Shown here: positions 18,757 to 27,614 of the stretch, piece by piece
Position numbering within the stretch: position 1 is the first letter of the stretch
Layout of the letters: every line of letters begins with the position of its first letter
DNA from: an uncultured Gammaproteobacteria bacterium
Lineage (GTDB): Bacteria; Patescibacteriota; Microgenomatia; UBA10105; UBA927
Length of the DNA stretch: 64,000 bases
Reading direction: 5' to 3'
Assembly (NCBI GenBank): GCA_964515005.1
Contig: CAZEVT010000001.1
Span: 229,616 to 293,615, forward strand
The notes under the pieces: generated by a model
What the model saw: only the letters and a program-made list of their open reading frames with translations
What the model was told of the DNA's origin: nothing
Databases searched by the model: none
Program-made: the position numbers and the translations under genes

Positions 18757-19146
18757 TTACCAATTTCTTCCTCCGCGGTCATCGCCTCTGTCACCACCTC
18801 TTCCTCCTCCACCTCCTCTAAACCCACCGCCTCCTCCTCGTCCTCCACCACCGCCATATCCGCCTCCACCACCACCGAATCCTCGGTTTTCTCGTGGGGC
18901 CATTGGCTTGGCTTCATTAACGACGATTGCTCGTCCATCAAGGGTTTTGCCATTGAGTTCTGCAATTGCCTTTTTCGCTTCGTCATCTGTGCTCATTTCG
19001 ACAAATCCGAATCCTCGTGATTTCCCGGAGAATTTATCGGAAATGATTGTTGCAGATGTCACCGTACCGATCGTTGCAAAAAAGCTGCGAAGAGAGTCTT
19101 CTGTCGTATCCCATGAAAGTCCCCCAACAAATAATTTAACTGCCAT
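18757..19146 (-). CDS. RRM RNA-binding protein with Gly/Arg-rich tail
   Basis: RNP2 KLFVGGL and RNP1 RGFGFVEM; strong SD AGGAGGTGA. Confidence 0.95.
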   Translation of the reverse strand: MAVKLFVGGLSWDTTEDSLRSFFATIGTVTSATIISDKFSGKSRGFGFVEMSTDDEAKKAIAELNGKTLDGRAIVVNEAKPMAPRENRGFGGGGGGYGGGGGRGGGGGFRGGGGGRGGDRGDDRGGRNW

Positions 19147-19275
19147 AAATAATATTCACCTCCTCGGTAGACCTCATCTATTACCTGACTAACCCACTGT
19201 TGGGGCATAGATCACGAACAGAAAGGTTGATAGTCGCATTGTATCACGAATAGGGAGATATGGTATGCTTGATCT

Positions 19276-20094
19276 ATGCTGCCCTACAAGAAGATAGACC
19301 ATTGGAAAGCTCTTTCTGAACTCTCTCCTCTTACCGATTTGTCTAATCCTCCCCGACAATTATATTTCGCCGGACGAAGAAGCGCGGGTCTTTTTGCCAA
19401 TTGTGTTGCCATTGTCGGCAGCCGCAGAATGACAGAATACGGCCGGCGGGTAATAGAAAAAATCATCCCCCGGCTTGTGTTTGAAAAGAAAACTATAGTA
19501 TCTGGGTTTATGTACGGGGTAGATCAGTACGCACACCAGATGTGCTTAGAAAACGGCGGTAAAACAATTGCCGTGTTGGGGTGGGGAATCGGCGAGCCCC
19601 TTGAAGGAACCGACCGCAAACTTGCAGGGCGTATTATTTCGTCCGGCGGGCTCCTGATGAGCGAATGGGAAAGACAAAAGCCTACGCTATGGACCTTTCC
19701 GGTGCGCAATCGCATTGTGGCGGCGCTCTGCAATGAGGTGATCGTTGTTGAAGCGGCGGTCAAAAGCGGGTCGCTTATTACCGCCAATATCGCGCGCAAA
19801 CTGAAGCGCACCGTGTGGGCAGTTCCCGGTCCGATCACCAGTAGGACCTCTGCCGGGACCAATGCGCTTATCGCCGCGGGCGAGGCCGCGATGTGGCTGG
19901 GAGATGTTCCGCCACCTGCGGCCGTTTCGGATGACCCCATTGTGTCCGTGCTTGCTTCCGAAGCGTTAAGCGCAAGTGAACTGGCGCGAAAACTTGGGAA
20001 ACCGGTCTCAGACGTGGGTGCACAACTTTCTTTTCTTGCCATCACCGGACAGCTCACCGAGCGGGGAGGGAAATATTACGTTAGTCAAAATTAA
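19276..20094 (+). CDS. dprA: DNA-processing protein DprA
   Basis: VAIVGSRRMTEYG, IVSG...GVD..AH, FPVRNRIVA and VVEAAVKSGSLITA motifs; C-terminal wHTH. Confidence 0.95.
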   Translation: MLPYKKIDHWKALSELSPLTDLSNPPRQLYFAGRRSAGLFANCVAIVGSRRMTEYGRRVIEKIIPRLVFEKKTIVSGFMYGVDQYAHQMCLENGGKTIAVLGWGIGEPLEGTDRKLAGRIISSGGLLMSEWERQKPTLWTFPVRNRIVAALCNEVIVVEAAVKSGSLITANIARKLKRTVWAVPGPITSRTSAGTNALIAAGEAAMWLGDVPPPAAVSDDPIVSVLASEALSASELARKLGKPVSDVGAQLSFLAITGQLTERGGKYYVSQN

Positions 20095-21607
20095 ATCAAT
20101 CGCCAATGTGGGCCTTGAAAGTGTACCTGTGGACGTGGAAGTGGATGTAGCGTCTGCGGGTTTTCCGGGTTTTACGATTGTGGGTTTGGCAAGTAAGGCG
20201 GTCGAGGAAGCACGTGAGCGGGTAAAAACGGCGATCGTCAATTCCGGTTTTGATTTTCCGCCCAAAAAAATTACGGTCAACCTCGCTCCGGCGGATTTGC
20301 CGAAAGACGGCGCGGCCTACGATTTGCCGATCGCAATTGGCGTCCTTATCGCAAGCGGGCAGGTTACGTTGCCTAAAGGAAACATATATTTTTATGGAGA
20401 GCTTTCTCTTGACGGGGCGCTTCGGTCTACCCGCGGTATTTTGCTTTTAGCCCTTCATGCTGCAAAAAAGAAAGACGCTATTATTTTTATCCCTGCTTCG
20501 TCGGCTGCGGAGGCGAGCGTGGTGTCGGGCGTTACGGTATTGCCGGTCCCCATGCTTGTTGATCTCGTCCGGCACATGACCGGCGAAAAAATAATTCCTG
20601 CACTTCCCCATACGGCATACGAGAGTATTGACGAGGAAGTATCGATTGATTTTGATCTTAAAGAAATTGCCGGTCAGGAGCAGGCCAAGCGGGCGCTCGT
20701 TATTGCTGCCGCGGGTGGACACAACATGCTCATGTGGGGCCCGCCGGGAACGGGGAAGACCATGCTTGCGCGCGCACTCCCCGGCATATTACCGCCACTT
20801 ACCGACGCCGAGGCGCTTGAGGTAACACGAATTTTTTCGATTTCCGGGCTCTTATCGCCGGGTGTAGCACTTATCAAAAAACGTTCATTTCGGTCTCCGC
20901 ATCATGGGGTATCGGCGGCGGGTGTCATCGGCGGGGGAACCAATCCGTTGCCGGGAGAGGTTTCGCTGGCTCATTTGGGCGTATTGTTTTTGGACGAAAT
21001 GCCCGAGTTTCCGCGAAGTGTTTTGGAGAGCCTTCGGCAGCCCATGGAGGATGGCGTGGTGGAGATCGTCCGCGTCTCGGGCCACGTACGGTATCCGGCA
21101 AGTTTTACTTTAATTGCTGCCATTAATCCGTGTCCGTGCGGGTATTTGGGTCACCCGCGCCGGGAATGTAAATGCACCGATAAACAGATCGCCAAATATC
21201 GTCACCGCATTTCCGGGCCTATTTTGGATCGTATTGATTTGACCGTCTCGGTCGCGCCGGTTGAAGTGGAAAAATTATCTATTACAAAAGCCCATGCGGG
21301 TGAAGCGCTCACCTCAAAAGAGGCAAAAGCGTTGGTGATACAAGCACGAAGAACTCAGGCCAAACGTTTTGCGGGAACGCCCTTGTATACCAATTCCCAA
21401 ATGCGAAATCGCGAGGTGAAAGCGCTTTGTCAGTTGACTCCGGAGGCGGAGAATTTTTTGAAACTCGCAGCCGAAAAATACGACTTTTCCGCTCGAAGCT
21501 ACATGCGGCTTATCAAAGTAGCCCGTACAATTGCAGATTTATCCCACGAAAAAACCATTCTTCCCGCGCACATGGCAGAAGCCATTCAATACAAACAATT
21601 GGTATGA
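20078..21607 (+). CDS. comM: ComM/YifB Mg-chelatase-like AAA+ helicase (start codon appears to be ACG)
   Basis: ITVNLAPADLPKDG..YDLPIA, GPPGTGKT, FRSPHH, LFLDEMPEF, NPCPCG and ISGPILDRID motifs. Confidence 0.93.
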   Translation, partial: TLVKIKSIANVGLESVPVDVEVDVASAGFPGFTIVGLASKAVEEARERVKTAIVNSGFDFPPKKITVNLAPADLPKDGAAYDLPIAIGVLIASGQVTLPKGNIYFYGELSLDGALRSTRGILLLALHAAKKKDAIIFIPASSAAEASVVSGVTVLPVPMLVDLVRHMTGEKIIPALPHTAYESIDEEVSIDFDLKEIAGQEQAKRALVIAAAGGHNMLMWGPPGTGKTMLARALPGILPPLTDAEALEVTRIFSISGLLSPGVALIKKRSFRSPHHGVSAAGVIGGGTNPLPGEVSLAHLGVLFLDEMPEFPRSVLESLRQPMEDGVVEIVRVSGHVRYPASFTLIAAINPCPCGYLGHPRRECKCTDKQIAKYRHRISGPILDRIDLTVSVAPVEVEKLSITKAHAGEALTSKEAKALVIQARRTQAKRFAGTPLYTNSQMRNREVKALCQLTPEAENFLKLAAEKYDFSARSYMRLIKVARTIADLSHEKTILPAHMAEAIQYKQLV

Positions 21608-21957
21608 AAGCCTTAAACCGCGTGACCGGTCGCTCCGGAGAAGATGTTGCCGCCCGTACTCTTCAAGACAAGGGATATACAATTCTCGAGCGAAATTTTG
21701 GGAGTAAATTTGGGGAAATAGATATTATTGCGAAAGATAAAAACACCCTCGTGTTTGTGGAGGTGAAGGCAAAAACCGGAATTGCATTTGGATCACCGGA
21801 AGAGATGGTCGGGCGGGGTAAATTGCAGCGGATTCGCAACATGGCGACCATCTATATGAACGGTACGTCTGTCTCATGCCGCATCGACGTGGTCGCGATT
21901 GTTTTGGGTGACAATAACGAAGTTGTCAGACTTACACATTATGAGAATGTGACTTAA
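21604..21957 (+). CDS. yraN: YraN family nuclease
   Basis: G..GEDVA, GY.ILERNF, GEIDIIA, LVFVEVK and CRIDVVAI motifs; ATGA overlap with comM. Confidence 0.93.
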   Translation: MKALNRVTGRSGEDVAARTLQDKGYTILERNFGSKFGEIDIIAKDKNTLVFVEVKAKTGIAFGSPEEMVGRGKLQRIRNMATIYMNGTSVSCRIDVVAIVLGDNNEVVRLTHYENVT

Positions 21958-22318
21958 GCCATGAAGCAATACTTTTGAGGTCGGGTTTTTGGTTGTCTAC
22001 ATGCACCATAAAGTCGGCCGCGTCGTGGGCTTTTGCCAATAGATGATAGTTGTTGATCCAAAGAAATCGCTTGGTTGCTGCCCACGCCGTCCTTTTATTT
22101 CCATCAGTAAATGGATGGTTCATACATAAGGATTGCAAGAGTGCGGCCGCCATGGCAAAAATAGTGGGGTAGAGGTTTCGCCCGCCGAATGTTGCCTTCG
22201 GTCGTTCAATAGCAGAATGAAGCAACGTAAAATCCCGAACAATAGCTTTTGTTTTCGCGCGAGCAATAATTGCCTCATGGATGGCATATACCTCTTCAAT
22301 ATCAATGAATGCGATCAT
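21932..22318 (-). CDS. Doc (death-on-curing) family toxin
   Basis: LHSAIERP and the Doc-type motif HPFTDGNKRTA. Confidence 0.92.
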   Translation of the reverse strand: MIAFIDIEEVYAIHEAIIARAKTKAIVRDFTLLHSAIERPKATFGGRNLYPTIFAMAAALLQSLCMNHPFTDGNKRTAWAATKRFLWINNYHLLAKAHDAADFMVHVDNQKPDLKSIASWLKSHSHNV

Positions 22319-22320
22319 GA

Positions 22321-22575
22321 TTATCGATGCGCGAGTTCATCAAGCAGATCAGCATCTTCCTTGAGAAAGCCCTCAAGCCACTCGTGAAATTCTTTTTCGG
22401 ATCGGGATGGTTTTTGAAAATCTTTTTTGATGCGACGAATGAGAAATCCGTCCGCGTCGGGAATATAATTAACCGATACTTTTTGTCCCCGCCGCCATTT
22501 TGCCTCCTGCATGAGGGGCGCAGCAAGAACAACAGCGTCGCTGTTTCCGAGTTGTGTAACCTTTGTGATTTGCAT
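22321..22575 (-). CDS. AbrB/MazE-type antitoxin paired with Doc
   Basis: KVTQLGNSDAVVL N-terminus; acidic helix ending LLDELAHR. Confidence 0.85.
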   Translation of the reverse strand: MQITKVTQLGNSDAVVLAAPLMQEAKWRRGQKVSVNYIPDADGFLIRRIKKDFQKPSRSEKEFHEWLEGFLKEDADLLDELAHR

Positions 22576-22632
22576 ATGTACGAACCATGTTAGTACATAT
22601 CGTTTGACATGTCAAGAGCTATGTGATATACT
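22574..22632. promoter_or_regulatory. Back-to-back sigma70 promoters sharing the palindrome TTGACATGTCAA, plus an inverted-repeat operator
   Basis: Plus: TTGACA 22604-22609, 17 bp, TATACT 22627-22632. Minus: TTGACA 22615-22610, 17 bp, TAACAT 22592-22587. ATATGTAC/GTACATAT IR at 22574-22581 and 22593-22600. Confidence 0.75.
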
Positions 22633-22649
22633 TCTTATTATCTTAATAC

Positions 22650-22917
22650 AAGCCATGAGGGCGTGTGGATGGAACCCCTCAATCCGAAAGGAAGGCTGAC
22701 CATAATCAGGTACGGAGGCGAAACCGTAAAAAGTCTGTCAACATATGTCGCAATAAGCGGAGTATGTCATGAATGAGACTTTCTCATTGTTTTGACGCAC
22801 TCCCCGTAAGGGGAGTTTTTGTGTCAACTAACGGGGAAGCGAAGCAAGGTGGCAACACGGTCGGACCGTCCTTGCAAATTTCGATGGGAACATCGGGGTT
22901 TGCACGGGCGGTTTTTT
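22650..22917 (+). promoter_or_regulatory. T-box riboswitch-like leader (Trp), transcription attenuation type
   Basis: Antiterminator GCAAGG-TGGCAAC-ACGG-tcgga-CCGT-CCTTGC (22844-22875) overlaps a terminator; upstream of trpB2-trpS; candidate UGG specifier in the loop at about 22666-22672. Confidence 0.8.
22865..22917 (+). terminator. T-box terminator hairpin
   Basis: ACCGTCCTTGCAAATTTCGATG-GGAA-CATCGGGGTTTGCACGGGCGGT followed by a T-tract. Confidence 0.85.
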
Positions 22918-22938
22918 GGTGGAAAGGAGGTGAAAATT

Positions 22939-24246
22939 ATGAAACTGAATAATTTAAGGCAAGTAGAGATTCCGACACATTATCTTAATCTTCTCTACTT
23001 TCTCAAAACGTATCTTGGGGAATTGCCAGCGCCGCCGCTTGATCCCAAGACGAAACAGCCGATTGGTCCGGATGCTTTGGCGCGGTTATTTCCGATGGAA
23101 CTTATCAAACAGGAAGTTTCATTGGATCGGGAAATTCCAATTCCTGAAGAGGTGAGAGAGTTATATAAAATATACCGTCCATCGCCGCTTTTACGGGCAC
23201 GACGTTTGGAGAATGTACTCGGAACGCCCGCGCATATTTATTTCAAATACGAAGGCGTTTCGCCGGTGGGGAGTCACAAGTTGAATACCGCTTTGGCGCA
23301 GGCATATTACAACAAGAAAGAAGGTGTCATGGGTTTGACGACGGAAACCGGTGCCGGCCAATGGGGGTCAGCGCTCGCGCTTGCATGCAAGTTGTTTGAC
23401 CTAAAGTGTCGGGTGTTTATGGTGCGGACGTCCTTTGACAACAAGCCGTACAGGAAAACGGTTATGAATATTTATGGCGCGCAGGTGGTCGCCAGTCCTT
23501 CTCACGAAACGGCAGCCGGACGGTCGTTTCTGAAAAAGGACCCAAAGACATCCGGAAGTTTAGGGATGGCGATTTCTGAGGCAATCGAAGTGGCTGTAAC
23601 GACACCCAAGACACATTATGCATTAGGGAGTGTCCTGAACCATGTGCTTTTGCACCAAACCATTATCGGTCAGGAAGCCAAAAAGCAAATGGAAAAGGAA
23701 GGCGTGTATCCTGATATTGTCATCGGTTGTTGCGGGGGTGGGAGTAATCTCGCCGGGATATCCTTTGCTTTTCTGGCAGATAAGATTGCCGGAAAGAAAA
23801 AGAGCTTGCGGGTGGTAGCCGTCGAACCTACGGCGTGTCCCACGCTAACTCGTGGTGAGTATCGATACGATTCGGGTGATACGGCGGGGATGACACCTCT
23901 CATGAAAATGTATACGGTAGGGAGCGATTTTGTGCCGTCACCAATACACGCAGGGGGTTTGCGATATCACGGTGATGCCCCGTTGATTTGTTTTTTGTAC
24001 CACAGGAAGCTCATCGAAGCGGTGGCATACGATCAGTTGTCGGTTTTTGAGGCGGCTGAGCTTTTTGCCCAAACTGAAGGCATTATCTCGGCTCCCGAGT
24101 CCGCGCATGCCATTAAGCACGTGATTGTTGAGGCACTCCGTGCCAAAAAAGAAGGGAAAAAGAAAACGATTCTTTTTAACCTTTCCGGGCACGGGCTTTT
24201 GGATTTGGGTGCATATGAAGAGTTTTTGGAGGGGCGGATGAAATAA
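22939..24246 (+). CDS. trpB2: Stand-alone tryptophan synthase beta chain, TrpB2 type
   Basis: YFKYEGVSPVGSHKLNTA (PLP Lys), TTETGAGQWGSAL, GGGSN, IHAGGLRYHG and FNLSGHG motifs; SD AAAGGAGGTGA. Confidence 0.95.
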   Translation: MKLNNLRQVEIPTHYLNLLYFLKTYLGELPAPPLDPKTKQPIGPDALARLFPMELIKQEVSLDREIPIPEEVRELYKIYRPSPLLRARRLENVLGTPAHIYFKYEGVSPVGSHKLNTALAQAYYNKKEGVMGLTTETGAGQWGSALALACKLFDLKCRVFMVRTSFDNKPYRKTVMNIYGAQVVASPSHETAAGRSFLKKDPKTSGSLGMAISEAIEVAVTTPKTHYALGSVLNHVLLHQTIIGQEAKKQMEKEGVYPDIVIGCCGGGSNLAGISFAFLADKIAGKKKSLRVVAVEPTACPTLTRGEYRYDSGDTAGMTPLMKMYTVGSDFVPSPIHAGGLRYHGDAPLICFLYHRKLIEAVAYDQLSVFEAAELFAQTEGIISAPESAHAIKHVIVEALRAKKEGKKKTILFNLSGHGLLDLGAYEEFLEGRMK

Positions 24247-24253
24247 TACGTAA

Positions 24254-24284
24254 ATGCCGCCCCGCAAAATCTGCGGGGCGGCAT
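24254..24284. repeat. Perfect 13-bp inverted repeat between trpB2 and trpS
   Basis: ATGCCGCCCCGCA-aaatc-TGCGGGGCGGCAT with no U-tract. Confidence 0.7.
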
Positions 24285-24305
24285 GATAGAATGAAAGGAG
24301 AATCT

Positions 24306-25658
24306 ATGAAACGAATTTTGTCAGGTATTACACCAAGTGGGGACGGAAGCCTGCATATCGGCAACTATTTAGGTGCCGTCAGGCAGTTTAATGAGCTCGC
24401 AAAAACGCATGAGTGTTTTCTGATGGTTGCCGATCTTCACGCACTTACCACCATTCAGGACAAAGCCATGCTTCAAAAAAATACCGAGACACTGATTCTC
24501 AACGAACTTGCGCTTCTTGGTGATTTGAAAAATATTACGTTTTTCCGGCAGTCCGATGTGCCGGCGCACACGGAACTGCAATCCATTCTCAACAACGTCA
24601 CGCCGCTTGGGCTTCTGAAACGGGCCCATGCGTATAAAGATAAACTCGGGAAAGACGTGATGGTGGATGATATTAACGTGGGACTCTTCAGTTACCCCAT
24701 GCTTATGGCGGCAGATATACTCCTCTACAAACCCGACCTCGTGCCGGTGGGGAAGGACCAGAAGCAGCATATTGAAATAACCCGCGATATCGCCCAGCGG
24801 TTTAACAAGATTTTCAAGAAAAATGTTTTTAAACTTCCTGACCCATACATCCCGGAAGAGGTCGCCGTTATTTCGGGAACTGACGGCAAACGGAAAATGA
24901 GCAAATCATTGGGGAACATCATCAGCATCTTTGAAAACGAAGAAATTATTCGCAAACAAGTCAACAGTACGTACACCGATCCGACCAGGAAACACGCAAG
25001 CGACCCCGGACACATTGAGGGGAACATGGTGTTCGCGTATCTTGAATTTTTCGGCGAAAAGGCCAAAAATGGCCAGTTGAAAGAGTTCTATACAAAAGGC
25101 CAAGTATCAGATGTTGAGGTAAAAAAGTATTTATTCGATTCTTTGATGAAAACATTCAAAAATGCCCGCGCGCGGTACGCGGATTTGGTTGCTCACCCCG
25201 AAAAAGTCAAAAAGATTTTGGAAGAGGGAGCGGCAAAAGCAAGAGCGGTTGCGGGGGTCACTACGAGTGAAGTACGGGAGGCAATAGGGTTAGTCAATAG
25301 CTATTCCATAGGAGCGGTTGGTCAGTCCTCGACCATAACGATTGATGAATTTACGCGTATGGAAATGCGGGTGGGGAAGGTGCTCGAGGCAACGAATAAA
25401 GAGGGGAGTGACAAACTTATTCGTCTACTGGTAGATGTAGGAGAACAAAAGTCTCGCGTAATATTTACCGGCGTCCGGCCTTTTGGTTACACTCCTGAAT
25501 TTTTCGCGGGTAAGCAGTTTTTCTTTATTACTAATCTCGCGCCTCGCCGCATGATGAATGAGGAGTCCCAAGGCATGATTATGGCCGTTGATGGCCCAGA
25601 CGGTAAACCGCTGTTTATATCCGCGGACGATATGCCGGTGGGTGCAAAGATACGATAA
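24306..25658 (+). CDS. trpS: Tryptophan--tRNA ligase with a fused C-terminal tRNA-binding OB-fold (Trbp111/CsaA/MetRS-C-like)
   Basis: HIGN, YPMLMAADILLY, VPVGKDQKQH and KMSKS; C-terminal ITIDEF..MEMRVGKV, SDKL and NLAPRRMM.EESQGMI. Confidence 0.95.
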   Translation: MKRILSGITPSGDGSLHIGNYLGAVRQFNELAKTHECFLMVADLHALTTIQDKAMLQKNTETLILNELALLGDLKNITFFRQSDVPAHTELQSILNNVTPLGLLKRAHAYKDKLGKDVMVDDINVGLFSYPMLMAADILLYKPDLVPVGKDQKQHIEITRDIAQRFNKIFKKNVFKLPDPYIPEEVAVISGTDGKRKMSKSLGNIISIFENEEIIRKQVNSTYTDPTRKHASDPGHIEGNMVFAYLEFFGEKAKNGQLKEFYTKGQVSDVEVKKYLFDSLMKTFKNARARYADLVAHPEKVKKILEEGAAKARAVAGVTTSEVREAIGLVNSYSIGAVGQSSTITIDEFTRMEMRVGKVLEATNKEGSDKLIRLLVDVGEQKSRVIFTGVRPFGYTPEFFAGKQFFFITNLAPRRMMNEESQGMIMAVDGPDGKPLFISADDMPVGAKIR

Positions 25659-25662
25659 CAGC

Positions 25663-27570
25663 TTAGGAATCTATTGCAGGCGTTTTCTTGGGGCCGCCCA
25701 TGAGGGCAGCAAATTCATCTCCCTCGATGGTTTCTTTCTTCTTGAGTTCCTCGGCGACCCGGTCTAACTCTTTACGGTGTTTTTTGAGGACTTCTGCGGC
25801 TTTTTTGTAGCCTTCGTTGAGGAACTTCTGGATCTCGGTGTCAATTTTGGAAAGCATCTCCGGGGAGATTTGTGAGGCTTCCATAAACGATTTGCCCCAT
25901 TCGGTAACATCCATCTGCGGGCCGAAGTTGACGGGACCGATGTCCGACATGCCAAACTCCATCACCATATAGCGGGCGATGCGGGTTGCCTGGTCAATGT
26001 CATTTGCCGCCCCTGAGGTCATTTCGTTGAAAATTAACTGTTCGGCGGCGCGTCCTCCCATGGTCATGGCAATCTGGTCAATGAGGCGCGAGCGGGTTTC
26101 GTGCAGGCGGTCTTTCTCGGGAGGGGCCATGGTAAAGCCCAGAGCCATACCGCGGGAAACGATACTGATGCGGTGCACCGGGTCCAAATACGGGCTATAG
26201 TAATTGACGATCGCGTGACCCGCCTCGTGGTAGGCAGTCATTTTGCGGTCCATATCGGTTTGGAGTCGCTTTTTCTCCGGCCCCAACTTCACCTTCGTCG
26301 CCGCTTCCTCAAGGTCTGCCATGTCTATTTCTTTCTTGTTGCCGCGGGCCGCTTGAATGGCTGCTTCGTTCAGCATGTTTTCAATGTCCGCCCCTGAAAA
26401 TCCGACCGTGCGTTTGGAGACTTTGTCCCAGTCAACGGCTGCGGTAAATGGCTTGCCTCTGGCGTGAATGGCAAGGATGTCTTTCCTTCCGGCCATATCA
26501 GGGAGATCAAGAACGACCCTGCGGTCAAATCTTCCCGGGCGAAGAAGCGCCGGGTCCAACAGATCGCCGCGGTTGGTGGCGGCAACGATCAAAACGGCGG
26601 TATTGGGTTCAAATCCGTCCATTTCAACAAGAATTTGATTCAATGTCTGTTCGCGCTCATCATGCCCGCCCATGATCCCGACGCTGCGCATTCGTCCTAT
26701 CGCGTCAATCTCGTCGATGAAAATAATGGCGGGGGCGTTTTTCTTGGCTTGGCCAAAGAGGTCCCGCACGCGCGCGGCGCCAACGCCGACGAGCATTTCC
26801 ATAAATTCAGATCCGGCGATCGAGTAAAATGCAGTTTTTGCTTCACCCGCCAAAGCCTTGGCAAGCAGTGTTTTCCCCGTGCCGCTGGGTCCAACGAGGA
26901 TGACACCTTTGGGTGTACGGGCGCCCAGGGCCTTGTATTTCGTTGGATTTTTGAGGAAGTCGACGACTTCTTCCAGCTCCTTTTTGGCCTCGTCCACGCC
27001 TGCAACATCGGCAAACGTCACTTTCGGAAGGTCTTTGTTCCAGATTCTTGCTTTACTCTGTCCGAAGCTAAAGAGATTGTCCTGCGCGCCCCGGGCCTGG
27101 CGGAAAATGAAGAGGAAGAACAGTACGGTAAGAACCAAGGGGAGGACATTGGAAATAATCCCAAGCCACATTTGGCCGACGCTTAAATCCTTAACTTGGA
27201 TTTCGACTGATTTGGGATCTACCTGCGCCCCTTCCAAGAGTTTATAGAGCGACTCCTGGGGTTCTTTGTGGGAAATCGCCTTGTCGCCATTCTTATATTC
27301 AACAAACAACTTTTCTTCCTCCACTTCAATTTTGGCGACTGTCCCGGATTTGACATCGGCAATCACCGTGGAGAGTGGTTTCTGGGGGAGCAGTCGTTCC
27401 TGGCTGCCCACGCTTCCCAAAAGGGAAAGAAGCATAAATGCTACAAACAGAACGATAAAGACATTTTTGAGATTAAAGTTCAGCTGAAACATCCACACTT
27501 TGCCCTTTTTACCATTGGGTTTATGGGTGCCGTTCTTCTGCAGGTGTTTCGGGTGAGCCTTTTCTGCCAT
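25663..27570 (-). CDS. ftsH: ATP-dependent zinc metalloprotease FtsH
   Basis: Two TM segments, [24 protein letters not shown] and HEAGH. Confidence 0.97.
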   Translation of the reverse strand: MAEKAHPKHLQKNGTHKPNGKKGKVWMFQLNFNLKNVFIVLFVAFMLLSLLGSVGSQERLLPQKPLSTVIADVKSGTVAKIEVEEEKLFVEYKNGDKAISHKEPQESLYKLLEGAQVDPKSVEIQVKDLSVGQMWLGIISNVLPLVLTVLFFLFIFRQARGAQDNLFSFGQSKARIWNKDLPKVTFADVAGVDEAKKELEEVVDFLKNPTKYKALGARTPKGVILVGPSGTGKTLLAKALAGEAKTAFYSIAGSEFMEMLVGVGAARVRDLFGQAKKNAPAIIFIDEIDAIGRMRSVGIMGGHDEREQTLNQILVEMDGFEPNTAVLIVAATNRGDLLDPALLRPGRFDRRVVLDLPDMAGRKDILAIHARGKPFTAAVDWDKVSKRTVGFSGADIENMLNEAAIQAARGNKKEIDMADLEEAATKVKLGPEKKRLQTDMDRKMTAYHEAGHAIVNYYSPYLDPVHRISIVSRGMALGFTMAPPEKDRLHETRSRLIDQIAMTMGGRAAEQLIFNEMTSGAANDIDQATRIARYMVMEFGMSDIGPVNFGPQMDVTEWGKSFMEASQISPEMLSKIDTEIQKFLNEGYKKAAEVLKKHRKELDRVAEELKKKETIEGDEFAALMGGPKKTPAIDS

Positions 27571-27614
27571 AGATGAACGAAGTATACCACGAATAAAGGT
27601 GCTACAATAGCCTC

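Noticed and set aside
18366-18986. ORFs 18366-18986(-), 18430-18750(-) and 18740-19192(+, poly-Pro)
   Set aside because: Shadow frames of the tRNA/intron and of the Gly-rich RRM tail; not a homing endonuclease
22655-22699. 14-codon ORF MRACGWNPSIRKEG as a trp attenuator leader peptide
   Set aside because: Only one Trp codon, no SD and far from the terminator; the T-box bulge explains regulation better, though it is not strictly excluded
22819-22938. 40-aa N-terminal extension of TrpB2 in the ORF track
   Set aside because: It overlaps the T-box terminator, and a strong SD points to ATG 22939
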